DNA from: Clostridia bacterium
Lineage (GTDB): Bacteria > Bacillota > Clostridia > UMGS1810
Direction of reading: 5' to 3'
Assembly (NCBI GenBank): GCA_045646385.1
Contig: JAZRKQ010000016.1
Location: forward strand, 96,336-120,335
DNA length: 24,000 nt
Shown: positions 8,193 through 15,839 of the stretch, piece by piece
Position numbering within the stretch: position 1 is the stretch's first letter
Layout: the number at the start of each line of letters is the position of its first letter
Notes under the pieces: model-generated
What the model saw: the letters and a program-made list of their open reading frames with translations, nothing else
Told to the model about the DNA's origin: nothing
Databases searched by the model: none
Translations under genes and position numbers: made by a program

Positions 8193-9044
8193 TCATCCAA
8201 ATAAAGCAATAAATATTCCGAATAAGATAATTAAAGTGCAAATTAATTTATATATGATGTGCTTCTCTTTAAAACACAGCCATCCAATAAGAACAGTAAA
8301 AATTACAGATGATTGTTTTATAACTGTCATCAGGGTAACTTCGCTTGCACTTGATGCATTTGCTTCAAATAAAAATTTATCGCCAACAACTAATGAAATA
8401 CTCATAAGTGGAATCCAATAATTACTTTTTATTGATTTTATTGAAATCTGTTCATTACGAATTAATATGATTATTCCATATATTACTGTCATAAAAAACA
8501 TAAACCAAAATTGCAGTTGCGATGACTCCATATGCTTCATAAGTACTTTATCCATAGTGCCGGATACAGCGTTTAAAAAGCAGTTGAGCAATGCTGCAAC
8601 AAGAACGGTAAAAGTCATACCTTTAGATGAAGTGCTTTTCTTTAGGTTTACTAATACGAGGCCGATAATAACAAGAATAATACCAATCGCTTTGTTATAA
8701 GTAAAATTTTCGCCGAGAACAAATACACCCAGCATTGTTGAAAATATCATTCGTGACATATCCATAATTCCGTAAAGGCTTACAGAAATATTTTTAAGTG
8801 CAGCAAATGCAAACAACCACGCTGCACAAACCACAGAAGATTTTAAAAATGAATAAAAAATATATATTGGCTGAAGTTCAAAAACAGTTTTAGAAAAAGG
8901 TATTGTTAAAATCCAACCAATTAGTGTGAAGAAAAACAATATTTCTATCGAATTGCTTTTTGATAATGCGGCCTTTTTCATGCCTTCGCGCGTTCCTTTT
9001 AAAAAACTGTATATAAAAACAAAAAGTATCCATAAATCTTGCAT
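8193..9044 (-). CDS. EamA/DMT-family transporter
   Basis: 283 aa with about 10 predicted TM helices in two repeated halves, typical of drug/metabolite transporter (EamA) proteins. A GAGGT RBS lies 8 nt upstream of the ATG. Confidence 0.75.
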   Translation of the reverse strand: MQDLWILFVFIYSFLKGTREGMKKAALSKSNSIEILFFFTLIGWILTIPFSKTVFELQPIYIFYSFLKSSVVCAAWLFAFAALKNISVSLYGIMDMSRMIFSTMLGVFVLGENFTYNKAIGIILVIIGLVLVNLKKSTSSKGMTFTVLVAALLNCFLNAVSGTMDKVLMKHMESSQLQFWFMFFMTVIYGIIILIRNEQISIKSIKSNYWIPLMSISLVVGDKFLFEANASSASEVTLMTVIKQSSVIFTVLIGWLCFKEKHIIYKLICTLIILFGIFIALFG

Positions 9045-9079
9045 ATATAATACCTCAATTAAAATTCTTCAACTTAAAC

Positions 9080-9108
9080 ATTGTACTATTGTTTTATACA
9101 AAAATCAA
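9080..9108 (-). promoter_or_regulatory. Candidate sigma-A promoter for the EamA gene
   Basis: Minus strand: TTGATT (9108-9103), a 17-nt spacer, then TACAAT (9085-9080). Confidence 0.45.
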
Positions 9109-9126
9109 GCATAATAGCATATTAGA

Positions 9127-9155
9127 TTGACAAAATGTGACATGAATTATATAAT
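9127..9155 (+). promoter_or_regulatory. Consensus sigma-A promoter for the PstS-like gene
   Basis: TTGACA (9127-9132), a 17-nt spacer, then TATAAT (9150-9155). Confidence 0.7.
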
Positions 9156-9185
9156 TGGAAATATACAAAGAAAGTAGGTGTTTTG

Positions 9186-10376
9186 ATGGATTTTAAGTCA
9201 CCCAAAATGATTAATGTATATAAAATTATTATTATGATTATGTCTACGGCAGTCTTGCTGTTTCTTTTTGCAGTTTGCGCAATAATCATTTCTTTTGGCA
9301 ACGTTCATGCAAATTTTTATAATACAATGCTTTTGATTGCTGTTGGAATTATTTTAGGTGCACTGGGATGTACTTTGTGGAAAGTAATTACAAATAAATT
9401 TGTGTATATACCGCTTTGTACAATGGTTGGTTTGTGGCTTATTATATTGCTTGCTTTTTCTGGATATTATAGTTATTTTGACTCTATCCCTACTGTTGGT
9501 GAAAGTGATAATATTTGGTGGGATTATTCTCCGTTTTCTAAACACGGAAAAGTTGCAACACTAAATGAAGAATCTACACTTAAACTAACAGATAATATAC
9601 CGCGCCTTGACGGTGCTACTGCTTTATACCCAATATATTCTGCGTTTGTAAAGGCGGTTTATCCTTTGCCAACGGATAATGCTAAACCTACAGATGGATA
9701 TATAAATTGCTCTACAACTGCCGGTGCGTATAAAAATATAGTTGATGGGAATGCAGATATAATATTTGTTGGCGCACCCTCTAAAAAACAAGAAGAGTAT
9801 GCCCAGTCCAAAGGTGTAAAGCTTATATATACACCAATTGGAAAAGAAGCATTTGTTTTCTTTGTAAACAGCGAAAATCCAATTTCTGATATTACGGTTG
9901 AACAGATACAGGAAATATATTCCGGTAAAATTGATAATTGGGGTGCGTTGGGCATTGATGGTTTAGGAGAAATACGTGCTTTTCAGCGAGAAGAGGGAAG
10001 TGGTAGCCAAAGTGCACTTGTACGCCTTATGGAAGGCAGAGAACTTATTGCTCCTCCAAAAGAAGATGTTATAGAAGGAATGGGCGGTATAATTAAGAAA
10101 ACTGCAGACTACAGAAACTATAAAAATGCCTTGGGTTATTCTTTTAGATTTTATTCTACCGAGATGGTTAAAAACAATCAAATTAAATTATTGAGTGTTG
10201 ACGGAATTGAACCCACATTAGAAAATATAGAAAACGGCAATTATCCGATTGCATCTCACTTTTATGCGGTTACACGGGCAGAAAGAGATACTAATACCGA
10301 AAAATTAATTAATTGGATTCTTGGTAAACAAGGTCAGGAACTGATTGAAAAAACAGGGTACGCTCCTCTTAACTAA
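9186..10376 (+). CDS. Membrane-anchored PstS-like (PBP_like_2) substrate-binding protein
   Basis: The first ~100 aa form about four hydrophobic helices. The remainder resembles phosphate-binding PstS-family domains (LDGATALYP, IIFVGAPS, VEQIQEIYSGKIDNWGALG, REEGSGSQSA). ATG at 9186 follows AGGTG. Confidence 0.7.
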   Translation: MDFKSPKMINVYKIIIMIMSTAVLLFLFAVCAIIISFGNVHANFYNTMLLIAVGIILGALGCTLWKVITNKFVYIPLCTMVGLWLIILLAFSGYYSYFDSIPTVGESDNIWWDYSPFSKHGKVATLNEESTLKLTDNIPRLDGATALYPIYSAFVKAVYPLPTDNAKPTDGYINCSTTAGAYKNIVDGNADIIFVGAPSKKQEEYAQSKGVKLIYTPIGKEAFVFFVNSENPISDITVEQIQEIYSGKIDNWGALGIDGLGEIRAFQREEGSGSQSALVRLMEGRELIAPPKEDVIEGMGGIIKKTADYRNYKNALGYSFRFYSTEMVKNNQIKLLSVDGIEPTLENIENGNYPIASHFYAVTRAERDTNTEKLINWILGKQGQELIEKTGYAPLN

Positions 10377-10463
10377 CCTGTAGTATGATTTGTTTATAAT
10401 ACACAACTGAGAATATTTCTCGAAAAAAAATAAATGTAAATATTACAAAAAACGCATAAATGC

Positions 10464-10492
10464 TTGACAAAACGATATGTATATGATATCAT
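10464..10492 (+). promoter_or_regulatory. Sigma-A promoter (extended -10) upstream of the small ORF and the long operon
   Basis: TTGACA (10464-10469), a 17-nt spacer, then TATCAT (10487-10492) with TG at 10484-10485. Confidence 0.6.
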
Positions 10493-10522
10493 AAATGTAT
10501 ATTTTTGAAAGGGGATGTACGT

Positions 10523-10804
10523 ATGTCGAATTTTGTTAAACATTTTGCTAATATGTTTACCAAAGATGCGTCTGTAAGTGCGTGTTCCTCTTGTGGTGCA
10601 GTTAATACTGCTACCAATTTTAATTTTATTAAATTTGCAGACACTGTTTTTTCAGTGTCTGTTTTGTTATGTTCTTTAATTTCCATTATTGGTTTTGCTT
10701 TGCTTGGTCTAATTTATGTGATTATACTGGCAAACATTATAATTATTAACATTATATGTCTGAAAAAAATATTCTATAAAAAGCGAAACATTATTAAATT
10801 CTAA
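10523..10804 (+). CDS. Hypothetical small membrane protein (93 aa)
   Basis: ATG at 10523 follows GAAAGGGGA. The N-terminal half is soluble and carries a CSSCG motif. The C-terminal half is hydrophobic and very Ile-rich. No family was recognised. Confidence 0.45.
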   Translation: MSNFVKHFANMFTKDASVSACSSCGAVNTATNFNFIKFADTVFSVSVLLCSLISIIGFALLGLIYVIILANIIIINIICLKKIFYKKRNIIKF

Positions 10805-10833
10805 TTTTTCGATATAAACAATCCAAGTTTAAG

Positions 10834-10868
10834 ACGGTTTTGCTTTTTATAGGCGGAGCCGTTTTTTA
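10834..10868 (+). terminator. Rho-independent terminator/attenuator-like hairpin directly upstream of the operon
   Basis: ACGGTTTTGC (10834-10843) pairs with GCGGAGCCGT (10853-10862). The stem is 10 bp including 3 G-U pairs, the loop is 9 nt, and a T6 run follows. It ends 29 nt before the next start codon. Confidence 0.55.
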
Positions 10869-10896
10869 ATAAAAGAGGAAAAGAGGAGAAAATTGT

Positions 10897-12312
10897 ATGA
10901 CAGAAATCAAAATTGCCGACATTACTTTAAGAGAAAAATCTTTTTGTGAGGTTGATGCTCTAAGTTTTAAAGAAAAAACAGAGATTGCCAAACAACTGGA
11001 TAATCTAAAAGTTGATATAATTGAAACAGCGCCAATCACAAGTGGCAAAAAAGATATTCTGTTCTTACACACAATTTCTTCAATTGTAAAAAACAGTATA
11101 ATTTCTTGCCCGACAGGTCTTTCTGAGGAATCTGTTTTAGAGGCTTATGATGCTATTAAAAATTCTGTTAAGTCAAGACTTAATATTATTGTTCCTGTTT
11201 CAACTGTGCAAATGGAATATATATGCCACAAAAAGCCTGATAAAGTTCTTGATATGATTGCAAATCTTACCAAATACGCAAGTTCGCTTTGTAAAGATGT
11301 TGAAGTGTCATTGGCAGACAGCACCAGAGCTGAAAGTGAATTTTTATATAAAGCGATTTCTGCTGCTATAGGAAATGGAGCAAAGGTCATTACCTTGTGT
11401 GATTCTGCCGGAATTATGATGCCGTCTGAATTTGAACAGTACATAAATACTATTTATGATAATGTTCCTGAACTTAAAGAAGTGGCTCTTTCAGTTGAGT
11501 GCTCAAACGAAATGAACATGGCTACCGCATGTGCTATTGCCTGCATTAATGCCGGTGCTACACAAATAAAGGTTGCCACAGGCTCAAATTCATGCCCATC
11601 ACTTAAATCTACTGCTAATGTATTCAGAATTAAATCTGATGTTTTAAAAATTTCTACTTTAATGAATATGACGGTTCTGGATAAAGCGGTTGCCCGTATT
11701 TCTTCTATTGCTGATGGCAATATTGGTAATGCAACTGTGTATAATACTGAAGAACATAAAAACTATTTTGAAGATACAAAATTCAGTGCTGATGACGATA
11801 TTAAAACTATTGAAAAAGCGCTTGTAACTATGGGATATGAATTACCTGCAGAAGAACTTAAAAATGTATATGACGAGTTTTCAAAAATCGCTGTAAAAAA
11901 ATCTGTTGGTATTAAAGAACTTGACGCAATTGTTGCAAGTACTGCTATGCAAGTTGCACCTACATATAAAGTTAAAAGTTATGTTATTAACAGCGGTAAC
12001 ATTTTAACGCCTACTGCTAATATAGAACTTACTAAAAGTGGTGATGTACTTCACGGTTTTTCTATAGGTGATGGCCCGATTGATGCTGCGTTTATGGCTA
12101 TAGAGCAGATTACAGGTCACCATTACGAACTTGATGATTTCCAGATACAATCTGTAACTCGCGGACGAGAGGCAATGGCAGAGAGTATTGTAAAACTCAG
12201 AAATGATGGTAGACTTTATTCCGGAAAAGGCACGTCTACAGATATTGTAGGCGCAAGCATTAATGCCTATATCAACGCATTGAATAAAATTTGCTTTGAG
12301 GAGGAGATATAA
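10897..12312 (+). CDS. LeuA/2-isopropylmalate-synthase-like protein with degenerate catalytic motifs and an intact LeuA_dimer regulatory domain
   Basis: The HMGL-like TIM-barrel N-terminal half aligns with LeuA (EKTEIAKQLDNLKVDIIE). The N-terminal DTTLRDGEQ motif reads DITLREKSF, and the HxH metal motif reads ECSNE (nt 11497-11511). The C-terminal GDGPIDAAFMAIE...DIVGASINAYINALNK is well conserved. Confidence 0.8.
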   Translation: MTEIKIADITLREKSFCEVDALSFKEKTEIAKQLDNLKVDIIETAPITSGKKDILFLHTISSIVKNSIISCPTGLSEESVLEAYDAIKNSVKSRLNIIVPVSTVQMEYICHKKPDKVLDMIANLTKYASSLCKDVEVSLADSTRAESEFLYKAISAAIGNGAKVITLCDSAGIMMPSEFEQYINTIYDNVPELKEVALSVECSNEMNMATACAIACINAGATQIKVATGSNSCPSLKSTANVFRIKSDVLKISTLMNMTVLDKAVARISSIADGNIGNATVYNTEEHKNYFEDTKFSADDDIKTIEKALVTMGYELPAEELKNVYDEFSKIAVKKSVGIKELDAIVASTAMQVAPTYKVKSYVINSGNILTPTANIELTKSGDVLHGFSIGDGPIDAAFMAIEQITGHHYELDDFQIQSVTRGREAMAESIVKLRNDGRLYSGKGTSTDIVGASINAYINALNKICFEEEI

Positions 12313-14768
12313 TGAATTTATCTTTTTCTACCAATAAATGGACAGATTTTAAAATTAGTGATTTCATTAAAATTGCTGCTGAATACAAATTTAACGGTAT
12401 AGAAATTCATGATGTTAATGAAATCAACGAGGAAAGTCTTTCCGATACTTATCACTCGCTTATTGAACATGGTATAAAAATACCGTGTATAGATATGGTG
12501 AACGATGTTTCAATTGATTCTTCAGAACTTTATAATGAATTTGAAAGGTTAAAAGAAGTAGTTGCTAAACTGCGAATCCCTTATATAAGATTGAAATCAA
12601 GCGGAGATGCAGCGGAATTTATAAAAAAAGTTTTGCCTTATGCAAAAGAAAATGGAATTACTTTGCTTGTTGAAACAGTGGGGGAATATGCAGATACTTC
12701 AAAACTCCGTACTTTGCTTGAAAGTTTTGCAGACGATAACCTTGCTGCATTGTGGGATTTTCATTATCCTTACCGTGTTAACGGCGAAGCGCCTGAAGAC
12801 ACTATCAGAAATCTTGGGGCATATGTTAAGCATATCCATATAAAAGACTCTGAAAGTTTAGCAGAGCATAGCCTGATAGGCGAGGGCAGTCTTCCTGTTG
12901 ATGAATTTATTAATGCATTAAGAAGTATAAATTTTAACGGATTTGTTTCGATAGAATGGAATCCTGACTGGGTATCAGAGGTTGATGATATAGACATTAT
13001 TTTCCCGCACTTTGTAAGTTTTATGTCAAGATATAAAGATCCTTCAAGAGCGAAAAAAGTTCTTTATGACAATAAAACAAAAACAGGCAAGTTTGTATGG
13101 AAAAAAGATGCATTGGTTGAAAAGACATTTTCACAAGTCCTTGATACTATGGCGGAGCAGTTTCCTGACCAGTACGCAATAAAATACACAACGCTTGATT
13201 ATACAAGAACATATTCGCAATTTCGTGATGATGTTGATAACTTTGCTAAAAGTTTGCTTGCTTTGGGTGTAAAAAAAGGAAGTCACGTTGCTGTTTGGGC
13301 AACAAATGTTCCTCAATGGTATATTGCATTCTGGGCAACAACAAAAATTGGTGCTGTTTTAGTTACAGTAAATACCGCGTATAAAATCCATGAAGCAGAG
13401 TATCTACTCAGACAGTCAGACACACACACACTGATTTTGATTGAAGGATACAGAGATTCAAATTACTCACAGATTATTGCAGAACTCTGTCCTGAACTTG
13501 AAACTAAAGAAGCAGATGCGCCATTACATGCTAAGAGATTACCTTTCCTTAGAAATGTAATTACCGTCGGATATAAGCAAAAGGGTTGCCTTACATGGGA
13601 AGCTGCACTTTCCAAAGGTGAAAAAGTACATATTGATGAAGTTAAGCGTGCTGCCGCCGCTGTTGATGTTCATGATGTATGTAATATGCAGTATACATCA
13701 GGTACTACAGGTTTTCCAAAGGGTGTAATGCTTACACATTATAATATTGTAAATGATGGTAAATGTATTGGCGATAGAATGGACCTTTCAACTGCCGACC
13801 GAATGATGATTCAAGTTCCTATGTTACATTGCTTCGGAATGGTGTTGGCGATGACGGCTTCTATGACGCATGGCGCTACAATTTTCCCGTTGCCATACTT
13901 TACTCCAAAGCCTGCGTTAGCTTGTATAAATCAGGAACATATTACAGCGTTTCACGGTGTTCCTACAATGTTTATTGCAATGCTTGAACATCCTGATTTT
14001 GAAAAAACCGATTTCAGTCATATGAGAACTGGTATTATGGCTGGCTCTCCTTGTCCTGAGCCTGTTATGAATCAGGTTATAGAGCAGATGAATATGCGTG
14101 AAATTACAATTGTGTATGGTCAGACAGAGGCTTCACCCGGTTGTACAATGAGTTCTACTGATGATTCTGTTGAAGTTCGTGTTTCTACTGTAGGCAGAGC
14201 GCTTCCTGAAATCGAATGCCGAATTGTAGATCCTGAAACAAACGAGGAACTTCCTGATAATACTATCGGCGAATTTGTTGCCAGAGGATATAATATTATG
14301 AAAGGGTATTACAAAATGCCCGAAGCAACGGCTGCTGCTATTGATAGTGACGGTTGGCTACATACAGGTGATTTGGCCCTCAAAACTCCCGAAGGAAACT
14401 ATCGAATTACAGGCCGTTTAAAAGATATGATTATTCGCGGAGGAGAAAATATTTATCCTAAAGAAATTGAAGAATTTATTTACACGCATCCCAAAGTTAG
14501 CGATGTTCAGGTAATTGGTGTTCCTGATGAACAGTATGGCGAGGAAATTATGGCTTGTATTATTCCTAAAGAGGGAGAGACCATTACCATTGATGAAATG
14601 AAAGAATATATTCTTTCACATATGGCTAAGCACAAAGTGCCTAAATACATTGATTTTGTTGATGCTTTCCCGACAAATGCTGCGGGAAAAATCCTCAAAT
14701 ATAAAATGCGTGAAGATGCTGTCGAAAGACTTAAAATTAAAAAAGTTGACGGCATTGTAGCAGAATAA
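12312..14768 (+). CDS. Fusion protein: xylose-isomerase-like TIM barrel (sugar-phosphate isomerase/epimerase family) and AMP-forming acyl-CoA ligase (FadD/ACSF2-like)
   Basis: The ATG overlaps the upstream stop (TAATG). Aa 1-240 resemble the AP_endonuc_2/XylA-like TIM barrel (LLVETVG, HIHIKD, VSIEWN). Aa ~266-818 carry the ligase motifs YTSGTTGFPKG, YGQTEASP, WLHTGD, GRLKDMIIRGGENIYPKEIE and AGKILK. Confidence 0.85.
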   Translation: MNLSFSTNKWTDFKISDFIKIAAEYKFNGIEIHDVNEINEESLSDTYHSLIEHGIKIPCIDMVNDVSIDSSELYNEFERLKEVVAKLRIPYIRLKSSGDAAEFIKKVLPYAKENGITLLVETVGEYADTSKLRTLLESFADDNLAALWDFHYPYRVNGEAPEDTIRNLGAYVKHIHIKDSESLAEHSLIGEGSLPVDEFINALRSINFNGFVSIEWNPDWVSEVDDIDIIFPHFVSFMSRYKDPSRAKKVLYDNKTKTGKFVWKKDALVEKTFSQVLDTMAEQFPDQYAIKYTTLDYTRTYSQFRDDVDNFAKSLLALGVKKGSHVAVWATNVPQWYIAFWATTKIGAVLVTVNTAYKIHEAEYLLRQSDTHTLILIEGYRDSNYSQIIAELCPELETKEADAPLHAKRLPFLRNVITVGYKQKGCLTWEAALSKGEKVHIDEVKRAAAAVDVHDVCNMQYTSGTTGFPKGVMLTHYNIVNDGKCIGDRMDLSTADRMMIQVPMLHCFGMVLAMTASMTHGATIFPLPYFTPKPALACINQEHITAFHGVPTMFIAMLEHPDFEKTDFSHMRTGIMAGSPCPEPVMNQVIEQMNMREITIVYGQTEASPGCTMSSTDDSVEVRVSTVGRALPEIECRIVDPETNEELPDNTIGEFVARGYNIMKGYYKMPEATAAAIDSDGWLHTGDLALKTPEGNYRITGRLKDMIIRGGENIYPKEIEEFIYTHPKVSDVQVIGVPDEQYGEEIMACIIPKEGETITIDEMKEYILSHMAKHKVPKYIDFVDAFPTNAAGKILKYKMREDAVERLKIKKVDGIVAE

Positions 14769-14780
14769 GGAGATATAAAA

Positions 14781-15839
14781 ATGGATATTAAAATTACAAA
14801 AACAACTGCATCAAAAGCAATTCCTACAGAAAATTTGGGATTTGGCAAAAGTTTTACTGACCATATGTTTATTGCTGATTACTCAAGAGATAAAGGTTGG
14901 TATAATGCCAGAATCGTTCCGTTTGCAAATTTGAGTATGCATCCTGCGGCAACCGTTTTTCATTACGGTGCTGAAATTTTCGAAGGATTAAAGGCATACA
15001 GAAGAGCAGATGGTAAAGTTCAACTTTTCAGACCTATTGAAAATGTAAGAAGAATGAACAATTCTGCTGAACGTTTAAGACTTCCTCAAATGCCGGAAGA
15101 AGATATGCTTCAGGCAATTATGGAACTTGTTAAAGTTGAAGAAGCATGGGTGCCTCATAACGAGGGTGAATCTCTTTACATTCGTCCATTCCTTTTTGGT
15201 AATGACGAACATTTAGGCGTTCATTCAATCGTGAACGCAACATTTGTAATCATTTGCTCACCAAGCGGAAGTTATTATGCTGAAGGTATAAATCCCGTTA
15301 AAATTATGATTGAAGAAGACGATGTAAGGGCTGTTCGTGGCGGTACTGGATTTGCTAAATGCGGTGGTAACTATGCTGCGGCTAACCGTGCCGGTGAAAA
15401 AGCAGAGCAGTTAGGCTATACACAGGTTCTTTGGCTCGATGGTGTTGAAAGAAAGTACATAGAAGAAGTAGGCGCTATGAATGTAATGTTTAAAATTGAT
15501 GGTGAAATTGTAACTCCCGCACTTACTGGTTCAATTCTTCCGGGTATAACGAGAAAATCATGTATCGAAGTATTAAAGAACGAGGGATATACAGTTTCTG
15601 AAAGACTTCTCTCTATTGATGAACTGACAGATGCAATGGAAAATGGCAAGTTAGAAGAGGCTTGGGGTTGCGGAACCGCTGCTGTTGTATCACCTATTGG
15701 ACAGTTGTTCTATAAAGGTAAAACTTATACTATCAACAATAACGAAATTGGTACTGTTACTCAGAATCTTTATAATAAACTTACCGGTATTCAGTGGGGT
15801 AAAGTTGAGGATACATTCGGATGGACAGTAGAGATTTAA
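14781..15839 (+). CDS. ilvE: Branched-chain amino acid aminotransferase
   Basis: 352 aa. Class IV BCAT hallmarks: FGKSFTDHMF, HYGAEIFEGLKAYR, FRP.ENV.RMN.SA.RL.LP and the PLP lysine context GTGFAKCGGNYAA. An AAGGAG RBS is present. Confidence 0.9.
   Translation: MDIKITKTTASKAIPTENLGFGKSFTDHMFIADYSRDKGWYNARIVPFANLSMHPAATVFHYGAEIFEGLKAYRRADGKVQLFRPIENVRRMNNSAERLRLPQMPEEDMLQAIMELVKVEEAWVPHNEGESLYIRPFLFGNDEHLGVHSIVNATFVIICSPSGSYYAEGINPVKIMIEEDDVRAVRGGTGFAKCGGNYAAANRAGEKAEQLGYTQVLWLDGVERKYIEEVGAMNVMFKIDGEIVTPALTGSILPGITRKSCIEVLKNEGYTVSERLLSIDELTDAMENGKLEEAWGCGTAAVVSPIGQLFYKGKTYTINNNEIGTVTQNLYNKLTGIQWGKVEDTFGWTVEI

Noticed and set aside
10720-10765. An Ile-rich stretch (VIILANIIIINIICL) in the small ORF upstream of the terminator, considered as a classical leader-peptide attenuation signal for a branched-chain amino acid operon.
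   Set aside because: The ORF is 93 codons, far longer than known leader peptides. The Ile run sits in a predicted TM helix, which is common in AT-rich genomes. It lies about 70-110 nt from the hairpin, and I found no alternative antiterminator pairing.
10691-10846. An 11-nt direct repeat GGTTTTGCTTT (10691-10701 and 10836-10846) that might form an alternative pairing with the terminator 3' arm.
   Set aside because: Exact 11-mers are expected by chance many times in an AT-rich 24-kb window. The copies are 145 nt apart, and no supporting structure was found.
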